Source of the DNA: an uncultured Gammaproteobacteria bacterium
GTDB lineage: Bacteria; Patescibacteriota; Patescibacteriia; Magasanikbacterales; UBA922
Length of the DNA: 64,000 nucleotides
Reading direction: 5' to 3'
NCBI GenBank assembly: GCA_964612105.1
Contig: CAZTEU010000005.1
Span: 45,039 to 109,038, forward strand
In this document: in pieces, positions 1 to 9,598 of the stretch
Numbering within the stretch: position 1 is the first letter of the stretch
Layout: every line of letters starts with the position of its first letter
The notes under the pieces: generated by a model
Told to the model about the DNA's origin: nothing
Seen by the model: the letters and a program-made list of their open reading frames with translations, nothing else
The model's database searches: none
Position numbers and translations under genes: made by a program

Positions 1-1308
1 TCTTGCTGCCATTGTTCCAAAAGTAATAATCTGTGCAACTTTATCCTGACCATATTTCTTTGTTACATACTCAATCATTTCATCTCTACGATCATCAGCA
101 AAGTCTGTATCAATATCAGGCGGACTAGGTCGAAATGGATTCAGAAAACGTTCAAACGGAAGTTTAAAACGAATTGGGTCAACTGTTGTAATACCTAATA
201 CATAAGAAACTAATGATCCAGCTGCAGAACCACGAGTGGATTCAACAATTCCATTTTCTTTTGCAAAACGAACATAGTCAGCAACACAAATAAAATATGG
301 GGCATATCCTTTCTTTTCTATAATTCCCAATTCGTAGTCCATTCTTTCCTTAAGTTCATCATTAATTTCACTATAATAATTTGGAGCTAACCTGTAAGCC
401 TCTTCCCTCAAAAACTCATCGTCTGTTTTCCCTTCCGGAATATCCACAGGAGCAAAATGCCAATCGTTCAAAGGTATTTCCACATTACAACGTTCAGCAA
501 TCTTACCTGTATTCTCAATTGCTTGTGGTACATGACGAAAACGAGAAGATATATCTTCTGGAAGATTCATGGAGCGATCTACATGACGATAATCCTCCCT
601 GTCAGTTTGGTCTACTCTCCAACCCTTTCCAATACACATCATAATATCCTGAGCTTCTGCATCATCAGGGTTTGTATAATGAACATCACGTGTAACCACA
701 AGAGGAATACCTGTATCCTCTGAAATCTTAATCAAATCATTATTTACACTGAGTTGACCTTCAACTGCAGGATGATCCTGCAACTCCAGAAAGAAATTAT
801 TTTTTCCAAGAATATTCTCAAACTCAATTGCTTTTTGTTTTGCCTCATCATATCTACCTTGTTTTAATAACTGAGGAATCTGACCACTGATATTTCCAGA
901 AAGAGCAATTAATCCTTTTGAATATTTTTTTAGTAAATCTGTATCAAAACGAGGGAATCCATTAAAAAAACCTTCAAGATGGCTTTCTGAGGTCAATCTC
1001 ATCAAATTTTGATAACCCTCAAAAGTTTCTGCTAAAAACACAAGCTGAAAAACATCCTTGTCCTCCTGATTATCCTTATCTGTCATTTTTCTGGGCCCAT
1101 GAAAAAGTTCTGCCCCCACTATTGGTTTTATCCCCGCATCCAAACACTTCTCATAGAACTGTATGATTCCATACATTCCACCTGTGTCTGTAAGCGCAAT
1201 TGCAGAAAATCCTCTCTCTTTTGTAGTATTAACCAAACGAGGGACTTTAGTAAGTCCCTTAAGGAAGGAGAAGTGTGAGTGCACATGAAGGTGTACAAAG
1301 TCTGCCAT
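1..1308 (-). CDS. dnaE: DNA polymerase III alpha subunit, N-terminal part (runs off window)
   Basis: Manual translation from ATG at 1308 gives MADFVHLHVHSHFSFLKG (PHP domain); later RGSAAGSLVSY and FERFLNP..PDIDTDF motifs. Confidence 0.95.
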   Translation of the reverse strand, partial: MADFVHLHVHSHFSFLKGLTKVPRLVNTTKERGFSAIALTDTGGMYGIIQFYEKCLDAGIKPIVGAELFHGPRKMTDKDNQEDKDVFQLVFLAETFEGYQNLMRLTSESHLEGFFNGFPRFDTDLLKKYSKGLIALSGNISGQIPQLLKQGRYDEAKQKAIEFENILGKNNFFLELQDHPAVEGQLSVNNDLIKISEDTGIPLVVTRDVHYTNPDDAEAQDIMMCIGKGWRVDQTDREDYRHVDRSMNLPEDISSRFRHVPQAIENTGKIAERCNVEIPLNDWHFAPVDIPEGKTDDEFLREEAYRLAPNYYSEINDELKERMDYELGIIEKKGYAPYFICVADYVRFAKENGIVESTRGSAAGSLVSYVLGITTVDPIRFKLPFERFLNPFRPSPPDIDTDFADDRRDEMIEYVTKKYGQDKVAQIITFGTMAAR

Positions 1309-1413
1309 AGTCCTTAAATAATAAATCAGATTGGATTAAAACGCAATGGCTGGTCAATTGACTATAGTAATCCTCAAGAGTATAATTAGAATACTAATTA
1401 TTATTTTTTTCAT

Positions 1414-1851
1414 ATGAAAAAACACTCTCTAGTTCGTACAATATATTTATATTTGTTCGCACTTATAGGACTTATCCTAATTGTGATTGGAACAGTGGAC
1501 TTTGTTGACATGGCTCTTAAAACATATGTATTCACAGAAGCAGATAATCAAGAACGAATACACGACTCACAACCTTTGATGGCTCCAAGAAAAGTTGCGC
1601 AAGTTGCAGCACTTGGACAAGTAGAACTAGATGGTGATTTAGAACTTACAGAAGAACAAATGAAAGAAGTTGAGGTTTGGTTAGTGGAATACAAGGAGTG
1701 GCAAGATAAGCAAGAAAAATTTGATGCTGTAAGGTCACGAAGACATAGAGACGCCTCAAGAAACTTAGCTTTCATGTTGGTAGGTCTTCCTTTATACCTT
1801 TACCACTGGTCTGTTATTAAGAGAGAAACAAAAGATAAGAAGAATGCTTAA
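1414..1851 (+). CDS. Hypothetical membrane protein with two TM segments (DUF5671-like)
   Basis: 145-aa ORF; N-terminal RTIYLYLFALIGL TM and C-terminal VGLPLYLYHW TM. Confidence 0.7.
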   Translation: MKKHSLVRTIYLYLFALIGLILIVIGTVDFVDMALKTYVFTEADNQERIHDSQPLMAPRKVAQVAALGQVELDGDLELTEEQMKEVEVWLVEYKEWQDKQEKFDAVRSRRHRDASRNLAFMLVGLPLYLYHWSVIKRETKDKKNA

Positions 1852-2281
1852 CAGTATGTTTAAGAAAATTTCATTGCTAATTGCAGGTTTTGCCGTGATT
1901 GCAATAGTTGGAGGTGGTTGCACATCTCAGGATGCAAAAATACAAACTGACGAATTATCAAAAGTAGAAGAGACAGGCGAAGTTTCACAACTAAATCTTA
2001 CACAGGAAGTTAAGGAATTTAGCATAATAGCAAAAAATTGGGAGTTTGAACCTTCTGAAATTAAAGTAAAAAAAGGAGATAAGGTTAAACTTACAATTAA
2101 AAGTATAGATGTGGAGCATGGATTTAGTATTCCGGACTTCAATGTATCAAAAAAACTAATACCAGACGAAACAGAAGTGATAGAATTTACTGCAGACAAG
2201 ACGGGTACATTTACGTTCTTCTGTAATGTGTGGTGTGGAGCAGGACACTCAACAATGAGTGGAAAACTAATAGTCGAATAA
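1844..2281 (+). CDS. Cupredoxin-domain (CuA-type, CoxII-like) lipoprotein
   Basis: Lipobox-like GGGC after hydrophobic stretch; DVEHGF and CNVWCGAGHSTM copper-ligand motif. Confidence 0.85.
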   Translation: MLNSMFKKISLLIAGFAVIAIVGGGCTSQDAKIQTDELSKVEETGEVSQLNLTQEVKEFSIIAKNWEFEPSEIKVKKGDKVKLTIKSIDVEHGFSIPDFNVSKKLIPDETEVIEFTADKTGTFTFFCNVWCGAGHSTMSGKLIVE

Positions 2282-2290
2282 TCATATATT

Positions 2291-2317
2291 AAAAAATCCC
2301 CACACTGGGGATTTTTT
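2291..2317. terminator. Bidirectional intrinsic terminator
   Basis: AAAAAATCCCCA-CAC-TGGGGATTTTTT between convergent genes. Confidence 0.85.
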
Positions 2318-2329
2318 TATTTCTTGAAA

Positions 2330-2668
2330 TTATTTACTCTTCTTTTTGGTTTTCTTGGGGCTAGCCTTTTTCTTCGTAACACGCTTATCAAATTCCGCCC
2401 CCAACTTCCCTACAACCATTTTTTCTACTAATCCCCCAACTGCCCCACTTAGGAATCCCATTTTATTAGACACCTGATCAACCTTGTCTCGTATAAACTC
2501 TACAGCATCCGCAATAAGTTCTAGCTTCTCCATTAAGTTCTCAATAATATCATTAGCATTTTTAAGAACTCTTGCTGCTTGATACAAAAGCCAGCATAAA
2601 AATATAGTAAACCACAAAACTGACAATGAGAGTGCTATATACAGCAAATCTTGTGATGAATCAAACAT
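2330..2668 (-). CDS. Hypothetical protein, N-terminal TM plus coiled coil
   Basis: 112-aa ORF with a single TM and Lys-rich tail. Confidence 0.7.
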   Translation of the reverse strand: MFDSSQDLLYIALSLSVLWFTIFLCWLLYQAARVLKNANDIIENLMEKLELIADAVEFIRDKVDQVSNKMGFLSGAVGGLVEKMVVGKLGAEFDKRVTKKKASPKKTKKKSK

Positions 2669-2741
2669 AGACAGGCAATTAAAAGTAAAATTAAGTAATA
2701 ATATTATAGCACAATTTGTTGATGAGATAAAATATCAACAA

Positions 2742-2990
2742 CTATATCAAACTATTCATTGTCTTTAACTCTTTTAGGTCCTTATTGTACTTATCTAATG
2801 TTTCTCCATGTCTACTTAAACCATGACGTATCATAATAACTTCCTGCTCAGTCCTTTTTACTATCCCAAGTATCTGATCCATAAAATCAACAACTACGTT
2901 GTGATCCTCTCTTTTAACCATGTTTTCCTCAATTCTATCCAATCTGTCTCTGTGGTTTAAGAGCATAAGGATAACTTTTTCCTCCTCCAT
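2742..2990 (-). CDS. Hypothetical coiled-coil protein
   Basis: 82-aa ORF with host-like composition filling an intergenic gap. Confidence 0.55.
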   Translation of the reverse strand: MEEEKVILMLLNHRDRLDRIEENMVKREDHNVVVDFMDQILGIVKRTEQEVIMIRHGLSRHGETLDKYNKDLKELKTMNSLI

Positions 2991-3088
2991 AAATATATAG
3001 CTTATAAATTATATATCTATAATATCAACCCTATTATTCCAAGTCAAAAAAGTTGGCATTTATATACCAAAAGTAAACGAACTGTTTA

Positions 3089-5485
3089 CTAATCGCGAAT
3101 ATTAGCCCCAAACTTCTTCTTAAGTACTTCTTTTATTTTCTTCTCAATCTTACCAACCTCTTCTGTCTCTAATGTTTTCTCATCTGACCTATACTCTATA
3201 TGATATGCCATACTCTTTTTGCTTTCACCAAGTTTTTTACCTTCAAATACATCGAACAGCTCTGCGTTCACAACCAGATTATTTGATTTCAGTACTGTAT
3301 TCACAATCTGTGCATGTTCAACACTTTTGTCTACAACAAGAGCAATATCATGTATTACACTTGGGTATACAGGTAATCTAGAATATGACCCCTCTTCTAG
3401 CACTAGGCCTGATAGTACACTTAAATTAATTTCCGCAATTGCAACACGATTATCTATACCAAAAGCTTCCTGTGTTGCGGGGTGTAATTCTCCAACAAAA
3501 CCAACATCTGTACCATTTACTTTTATCTCAGCAAACCTACCAGGGTTTATAAATGGTAAACCTGTCTTACCAGATGTTGAAATTATTTCTATTTCTTTGT
3601 TATTTAATGAATCTGTAACAGCATTACTTACTTCATAGAAAGGAACATCATTTCCTTTCTGCGTAAACGCAACAGCAAGCATTGTATCTTGTCTTTCTAT
3701 ATTTTTATTATCAAATGTTCTTCCAATCTCAAACAGCTTTACTGAATTAAATCTATGAGCATTCATCTCTATTTTCTCCAGTAGGTTTGGAATTAGATGT
3801 TTTCTTAAATATGGTCGTTCTTTAGAAACCGGATTGTCTAATTCTAAATAGTCTTTTTTGTTAAGCCCTACTCTTACTATTGTCTGCCCTGACACGAAAG
3901 AATAATTATGAACCTCTGAGTATCCTTGCCCATAGGCTAATTGTTCTGTAATTTTCCTCTCCAGAGAGCGTATAGGATTATTAGCTGGTGGCTTTATTCC
4001 AAACGTAGGTAAAGTAGGTTGTATATTTTCATATCCATATATACGTGCAACTTCCTCAACTATATCTTCTGCAATAGAAATATCTTTAGTTGCTCTCCAA
4101 GATGGAACACTAACACTAAATACTCCACCTTTTACTTTCACACCAAAACCAAGCCTATCTAATATGTTCACCGCAATGCCCATTTCTATACTTTCTCCAA
4201 TTCTTTCCTCTATATAGGAGAAATCAATTTCAATAGGACCTTGATTAAGTTCAAAATTACTTTCATCAACAATATTACTACTCACTTCTGCACCAGGAAT
4301 TAATTCTTTCACTAGTTCTACTGCACGCCTAAGAGCAATTTCTGCATTGTTTGGATCTAAACTCTTTTCAAAACGAGATGATGAGTCTGTTCTTACACCA
4401 ATTGCTGTAGAAGTTTTCCTAACATTTGTAGAATCAAAATTTGCAGATTCAAAAACGATGTCTGTTGTTCCTTCTTCTACCTCACTATTTGCACCACCAA
4501 TTACCCCAGCAATTGCTATAGCTTTATTCTTGTCTGCAATAACAAGATTCTCACTTGTTAATGTTTGTTTTTGTCCGTCTAGAGTATCAATACCCTCTCC
4601 CTTTTTTGCATTCCTAATAATTATTTCATCCCCTATCTTACTTCCATCAAAAGCATGCATTGGCTGTCCAATATCCAACATTACATAATTTGTTATATCC
4701 ACTATATTGTTTATAGGACGCACGCCAACAGATTGCAATCTTGACTGCATCCAAGAAGGCGATGAGCCTATCTTAATTCCACTCATAGCAACAGCCATAT
4801 ATCGCGGACAAAGAATCTTATCTTTTACTTTTGCAGATAACTTACGCTTCCTTCCTGCTTTTATCTTTGCGGGTTTATATTCAATTAATTTTTTCTGATA
4901 AATTGCTGAGGCTTCGCGTGCTATTCCATAATGACCCCACAGGTCTGGGCGATGTGTCATTGATTTATTATCTACCTCCAAAACAACATCATCTTGTGCC
5001 AAAGCTTTCATTAATGGTGTCCCAATCTCAAAATCCAAATGACTTAAATCTATAATTTCCTTTTCGTCTTTCTGAGGAAAAAGTTCGCCTAAACCAATTT
5101 CTTCCGATGCACAAATCATTCCAAAACTTTCCACACCTCTTATTTTTGTTTTTTTGAGCTCTATTAATTCTTCTTCTCCGTGCCATTTTACTTTTGCACC
5201 AAGTTTTCCTAGTGCAACCTTCATCCCTTTTGTAACATTAGAACCACCGCACACAACTTGCACCTCTCCATTACCAATATCTACATGACATACTTTTAGT
5301 CTATCTGCGTCTGGATGTTTCTCTACTTTATTAACTAGACCAATTACAACATTGTGTAACAACTCCCCAAGAGTTGATACACCTTCAATTTCTACTGTTC
5401 TAATTGTGAGTTTCTCAGCTAAATCTTCCGGAGTTACCTTTTCCAGATTTACATAATCAGAAAGCCAATTTTTTGAAATCAACAT
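3089..5485 (-). CDS. pheT: Phenylalanine--tRNA ligase beta subunit
   Basis: 798 aa; KHPDADRL, RGVESFGMICA, RFEK, C-terminal FDX-ACB domain; adjacent to pheS. Confidence 0.97.
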   Translation of the reverse strand: MLISKNWLSDYVNLEKVTPEDLAEKLTIRTVEIEGVSTLGELLHNVVIGLVNKVEKHPDADRLKVCHVDIGNGEVQVVCGGSNVTKGMKVALGKLGAKVKWHGEEELIELKKTKIRGVESFGMICASEEIGLGELFPQKDEKEIIDLSHLDFEIGTPLMKALAQDDVVLEVDNKSMTHRPDLWGHYGIAREASAIYQKKLIEYKPAKIKAGRKRKLSAKVKDKILCPRYMAVAMSGIKIGSSPSWMQSRLQSVGVRPINNIVDITNYVMLDIGQPMHAFDGSKIGDEIIIRNAKKGEGIDTLDGQKQTLTSENLVIADKNKAIAIAGVIGGANSEVEEGTTDIVFESANFDSTNVRKTSTAIGVRTDSSSRFEKSLDPNNAEIALRRAVELVKELIPGAEVSSNIVDESNFELNQGPIEIDFSYIEERIGESIEMGIAVNILDRLGFGVKVKGGVFSVSVPSWRATKDISIAEDIVEEVARIYGYENIQPTLPTFGIKPPANNPIRSLERKITEQLAYGQGYSEVHNYSFVSGQTIVRVGLNKKDYLELDNPVSKERPYLRKHLIPNLLEKIEMNAHRFNSVKLFEIGRTFDNKNIERQDTMLAVAFTQKGNDVPFYEVSNAVTDSLNNKEIEIISTSGKTGLPFINPGRFAEIKVNGTDVGFVGELHPATQEAFGIDNRVAIAEINLSVLSGLVLEEGSYSRLPVYPSVIHDIALVVDKSVEHAQIVNTVLKSNNLVVNAELFDVFEGKKLGESKKSMAYHIEYRSDEKTLETEEVGKIEKKIKEVLKKKFGANIRD

Positions 5486-5486
5486 A

Positions 5487-6497
5487 TTAAAACTGTTTCA
5501 AAAATCTTAAATCCCCACTCCTTAAGTGGCGTATGTCTTCAATATGATACTTAAGCATCACAAGACGATCAAAACCAATACCAAAGGCAAGTCCCTGATA
5601 CTCTGCTGGATCTAAACCAGCCTCACGAATAACATTCGGATGCATAAGGCCACAGCCTAACATTTCCATCCATTTTTCATTTCCGTTAACATCTGTATAT
5701 TTTATATCCAATTCAAAACCAGGCTCAACAAACGGGAAATAACCTGGACGCAACCTTACATCCATCTCTTTCCCATAAAAACCAGAGATAAGTTCCTTCA
5801 TAACCCCTATTAAATGCCCTACTGTTATATTTTTATCAACTACAAATGCTTCAAACTGTTCAAAAGTATGTTCGTGTGTTGAATCCAGAGCCTCATTACG
5901 ATATACACGACCTGGATAAGCTATGCGCAAAGGTGCACCATATTTTTTTAGCAAACGTACCTGCATGTTAGAAACATGAGGGCGCATGCACATTTTTTCA
6001 TTTCCTTTTATATAAAACGTGTCTTGACTATCTCTTGCAGGGTGGTACGCAGGAATATTTAACGCTTCAAAACAATAATAATCACTATCCAGCTCTGGAC
6101 CATCTTCCACCATAAAACCCATTCTCTTAGCCACATCTTCCATATGCCACATTGCTTGTGTAATAGTATGTATATTCCCCTGTTCTCTTCTTGGTACTAA
6201 AGGTTGAGTTACATCAATCTTTTCTGCCTTTGCTACATCATCCCACTTTTTTCTTTTAAGCTCTTGTTTCTTTTCTTCAATGCCTCCAACCATAATTTGT
6301 TTTATCTCATTGGCTGTTTTACCAACTTCTTTTCTCATATCCTCAGATAAGTCTTTCATCTCTTTCATAACTAAACTCATCTTTCCTGTCTTACGAGCAA
6401 AAAAATCTTGTTCTAACTCTTCTAGAACATTAAGAGTGCCAACCTTCTTTAATTGCTTAACGAATGAATCCTGAAGTTTTTTAAGTTTATTTTCCAT
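5487..6497 (-). CDS. pheS: Phenylalanine--tRNA ligase alpha subunit
   Basis: HPARDSQDTFY, FPFVEP, GLAFGIGFDRL motifs. Confidence 0.97.
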   Translation of the reverse strand: MENKLKKLQDSFVKQLKKVGTLNVLEELEQDFFARKTGKMSLVMKEMKDLSEDMRKEVGKTANEIKQIMVGGIEEKKQELKRKKWDDVAKAEKIDVTQPLVPRREQGNIHTITQAMWHMEDVAKRMGFMVEDGPELDSDYYCFEALNIPAYHPARDSQDTFYIKGNEKMCMRPHVSNMQVRLLKKYGAPLRIAYPGRVYRNEALDSTHEHTFEQFEAFVVDKNITVGHLIGVMKELISGFYGKEMDVRLRPGYFPFVEPGFELDIKYTDVNGNEKWMEMLGCGLMHPNVIREAGLDPAEYQGLAFGIGFDRLVMLKYHIEDIRHLRSGDLRFLKQF

Positions 6498-6897
6498 CTT
6501 TTCTTCTAAAAGGAATTACACTGTCCCCACCTTCTGCCCTAACTTCCGCACGAACTTCTTGCTCCTCCTCATTGTACATTCTTAACAACTCGTCTTTAAG
6601 TGCGTTTAGATATTTTGCCTTTTCTTTCACTAAGTGTTCTTGGGCAAGTATACCAAGATTTGCTTCATCAGAGCTGTCCAAATAATGCGTATAATGTTCT
6701 GCAAACCTGCGAAAAGCCTGTTCCACTTTCTCCTGGAATGAAAGTTCCGCTGTCTCTTTTTCCACACTTACATCATAAAAATCCGTTAGCAACCTCTCTG
6801 TCCAATTATCTGTGTCTTTCTGTATATAAGCCCCAAGTCTATCCACTTTGGATAACAGATTCTCAAACCTTCTCATTTGTACGGACACGACTGCCAT
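6487..6897 (-). CDS. Hypothetical protein
   Basis: 136-aa ORF tightly packed between rseP and pheS. Confidence 0.65.
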   Translation of the reverse strand: MAVVSVQMRRFENLLSKVDRLGAYIQKDTDNWTERLLTDFYDVSVEKETAELSFQEKVEQAFRRFAEHYTHYLDSSDEANLGILAQEHLVKEKAKYLNALKDELLRMYNEEEQEVRAEVRAEGGDSVIPFRRKDGK

Positions 6898-6901
6898 ATT
6901 A

Positions 6902-8080
6902 TCAAATTAACTTTACAACATCTCTCCAAGTAACAACTATAATTAAAATCATAAGCAACACAAAACCTATCATATGTGCTGTCTGCTCATATTTCATTGG
7001 TACAGGTTTTTTTGTAATCTTCTCTATTATAACAAATAATAGGCGCCCACCGTCAAGTGCAGGGATTGGTAAAATATTTAATGCGGCCAAAGATAATGAA
7101 ATTACAGCACTAATGTGGATTAAATAGCTTATTCCCAACTTAGCACTTGCACCAATAACATTAGCTATACCAACAGGACCAGCAACCTCAAACAACAATC
7201 CTTGGCCTACAATAAGATTTTTAATTAACAAGAAAAATCCAATAAATATATTCACTAGCATTATGCCTGCTCCCATAAATCCTTTTACAATAGCTAGATG
7301 CCATGGGTAACGAACTATACCTGCGTTTCCAAGAATCACGCCAAGCTTTGGAACACTCTCTCCTTTTATCATAGCTGGGGCTATGGAATAGCTAATCTTT
7401 TCCTTTCCTCTTAATATTTCTAGTTCTATAGTATCAGAAGACGCTTCTGTATGCTCGTTAATATAACCAACCATTTCTGCCATGTCTTTAATCACCATTC
7501 CATTTATAGCAAGCACCTTATCTCCATATTGTATTCCAGCCTTATCTGCTGGAGTATCCACTTGCACCTGCTGTATCATTACAAAAGGACCCTCAACAAT
7601 AACTGCACTGTCATCAACACCACCACTAATATCTGTAGGTAAACCAATCATTAATCCTCCTGCTAGAAGCAACGCAGCAAGAATAAAATTCATTGTAACA
7701 CCAGCAACCAAAACCAAGGCTCTTTTCCATAACGAATGATACATAAAAGAGTCTTTCTCATTCCTTGCCTCACCATTCTCCCCTTTTATTTTTACAAAAC
7801 CACCTAGTGGTAACCAGTTAAAAGAATAAAGAGTCGTTGGATATTCCTGCTCTCTTTTCTCTCCACCAGCTGTTTGTTTTAATGAACTCTTTCCATTTCC
7901 CCACACCCACCTCCATTTTCCTGTTTTTGGATTCTTATAAACCCCACCAAGTCTTGGAGGAAAACCAAGACCAAATTCATATACTTTCATTCCGCTTTTG
8001 CGTGCAACAATAAAATGCCCCCATTCGTGGGCAATAACAAGTACAGATAATACCGCTAAGAAAATTATTAGTGTTAGCAT
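6902..8080 (-). CDS. rseP: RIP metalloprotease RseP (M50 family, PDZ)
   Basis: HEWGH zinc motif, PDZ region, NILPIPALDGG. Confidence 0.95.
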   Translation of the reverse strand: MLTLIIFLAVLSVLVIAHEWGHFIVARKSGMKVYEFGLGFPPRLGGVYKNPKTGKWRWVWGNGKSSLKQTAGGEKREQEYPTTLYSFNWLPLGGFVKIKGENGEARNEKDSFMYHSLWKRALVLVAGVTMNFILAALLLAGGLMIGLPTDISGGVDDSAVIVEGPFVMIQQVQVDTPADKAGIQYGDKVLAINGMVIKDMAEMVGYINEHTEASSDTIELEILRGKEKISYSIAPAMIKGESVPKLGVILGNAGIVRYPWHLAIVKGFMGAGIMLVNIFIGFFLLIKNLIVGQGLLFEVAGPVGIANVIGASAKLGISYLIHISAVISLSLAALNILPIPALDGGRLLFVIIEKITKKPVPMKYEQTAHMIGFVLLMILIIVVTWRDVVKLI

Positions 8081-8208
8081 AATTAGAGAGATTATCTCAT
8101 ATAATTATGGATAATTCAACAAAACGTTTACTTCTTAGGATTTTCCTGAGTCCAATTTGAGTAATTCTCGGGTTTTAAGTATACTCTAAACATAATTGAT
8201 TAAAAATT

Positions 8209-8559
8209 ATGGATAAATACACAGTATGGCATAATCCCAGATGTGGAAATAGCCGAGGAACAATAGAACTGTTAAAAGAAAGAGGTATAGAGCCAGATAT
8301 AAAACTATATTTGGAGAACGTCCCAAGTGAAGATGAGCTAAAAAATGTTGCTAGACTTCTTAATAAAAAACCTATTGAGTTTACTAGAACAAAAGAGAAA
8401 GCGTTTAAAGAAGCAAATCTGAGAAAAGATAGTAGTGATGAAGAAATAATTAAGGCAATGAAAAAATATCCAATACTTATACAAAGACCAATTGTAATAA
8501 AAGACAATAAAACAGCAGTAATAAGTAGACCGCCAGAAACCGTGCTAGATTTCATATAA
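8209..8559 (+). CDS. arsC: ArsC family reductase (arsenate reductase-like)
   Basis: HNPRCGNSR N-terminal motif and LIQRPIV. Confidence 0.8.
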   Translation: MDKYTVWHNPRCGNSRGTIELLKERGIEPDIKLYLENVPSEDELKNVARLLNKKPIEFTRTKEKAFKEANLRKDSSDEEIIKAMKKYPILIQRPIVIKDNKTAVISRPPETVLDFI

Positions 8560-8560
8560 C

Positions 8561-8585
8561 AAAAAAAGCGCTATGCGCTTTTTTT
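8561..8585. terminator. Bidirectional terminator closing arsC and the three-cassette operon
   Basis: AAAAAAAGCGC-TAT-GCGCTTTTTTT. Confidence 0.8.
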
Positions 8586-8586
8586 A

Positions 8587-8992
8587 ATACTAGACAAAAA
8601 GGTATGGGAGCGAACGAATCTTGTTTCTACGCCCCCTCAACCCCGCCCCAGATGGGACTAGTGTGGGACGGCGAGGCTACTAACCCCTACTCGTGGTGTT
8701 GCTGTTCCAGACGAGGTCGAAGACCAGCGCCAGGAATAGGCTCATCGTGCAGATGCAGAACAGCACGATGCCGGTGTCGAACATCATGTGCTCGAAACCG
8801 TTCAGCCTGATACCATTGCAGCTGATGGCTGCACTTCGGTACATCGCGGATGCACCACCCACGATGAACAGAACTATGCAACCGATGAAGCAAGAACCAA
8901 ACAGCTTCCAGAACATTTTCCCCTCCTTGAGGAATAGGTAACCTTACGGTCACCAGCGATAAGTACGTTCGCTCAACCTTTCTATCTAGTAT
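8587..8992 (-). repeat. Cassette 1, bounded by inverted arms 8587-8616 and 8966-8992
   Basis: Minus-strand RNA arms UACUAGAUAGAAAGGUUGAGCGAACG and CGUUCGCUCCCAUACCUUUUUGUCUAGUA pair with 2 G-U and one asymmetric loop. Confidence 0.9.
8680..8916 (-). CDS. Orphan small membrane protein (78 aa, 2 TM), GC-rich
   Basis: SD AAGGAGG upstream of ATG; two hydrophobic segments; lies within cassette 1 arms. Confidence 0.7.
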   Translation of the reverse strand: MFWKLFGSCFIGCIVLFIVGGASAMYRSAAISCNGIRLNGFEHMMFDTGIVLFCICTMSLFLALVFDLVWNSNTTSRG

Positions 8993-8995
8993 AGA

Positions 8996-9015
8996 TTGTA
9001 AAGAGTTTTTGTTTT
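8996..9015 (-). promoter_or_regulatory. Inter-cassette linker, boxA-like (copy 1)
   Basis: 20 bp identical to 9577-9596; minus strand reads AAAACAAAAACTCTTTACAA. Confidence 0.6.
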
Positions 9016-9572
9016 ACCAAACAAAGAAGTGACGGGAGTGAATTGGATTCAGACTCGCCACCTCGCAGGCTCCTTCTCCTGCGATCAGCGACGGCCCGTG
9101 TGTTGCTCGTCTGCGATCGTCGCCACCCCGGCGAACAGGATAGCGACACTGATGAGCCCAAGGATGGCCCACACCGTCGCCTCTGGATTCAGCACCATCT
9201 GGGCGCTGAATATTCCGCCGTACATGACGGCGGTGAAAACCATCCCAGCGAAGCTCGCCAACCAGACGAACATCCCCGTAACCAGGATTACCATCCCATC
9301 CCAGCGGGAGAAGGTCGACAGGTTGCAGATGCAACCCAAACCAGCCGCCACGAAGATGAAGGCGCCGATCAACAGCGCCAATGTCGCGAACTCGAGGAGG
9401 AACGGCAGGGTGAACACCCAGCCGAACACCTTCATGGCCACGCCCATGATGGTCGCGACTAGAGCCAAACTGACCGTCGGGATATCAAAGAAACGCATTT
9501 TCTCCTCCTTGCTCGTCTACTGACGAGCTGTAGGCGTTTCGTCCAAAATTCACTCCACTTCTTTATTTGGTA
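9015..9572 (-). repeat. Cassette 2, bounded by inverted arms 9015-9044 and 9547-9572
   Basis: RNA arms UACCAAAUAAAGAAGUGGAGUGAAUU and AAUUCACUCCCGUCACUUCUUUGUUUGGUA: 17 bp (1 G-U), 4-nt bulge, 9 bp. Confidence 0.9.
9085..9498 (-). CDS. Orphan membrane protein (137 aa, about 4 TM), GC-rich
   Basis: SD AAGGAGGAG upstream, preceded by hairpin 9511-9528; strongly hydrophobic; lies within cassette 2 arms. Confidence 0.75.
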   Translation of the reverse strand: MRFFDIPTVSLALVATIMGVAMKVFGWVFTLPFLLEFATLALLIGAFIFVAAGLGCICNLSTFSRWDGMVILVTGMFVWLASFAGMVFTAVMYGGIFSAQMVLNPEATVWAILGLISVAILFAGVATIADEQHTGRR

Positions 9573-9576
9573 TAAG

Positions 9577-9596
9577 TTGTAAAGAGTTTTTGTTTT
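9577..9596 (-). promoter_or_regulatory. Inter-cassette linker, boxA-like (copy 2)
   Basis: 20 bp identical to 8996-9015. Confidence 0.6.
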
Positions 9597-9598
9597 TC

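Noticed and set aside
381-723. Short plus-strand ORFs at the window start
   Set aside because: Antisense to dnaE
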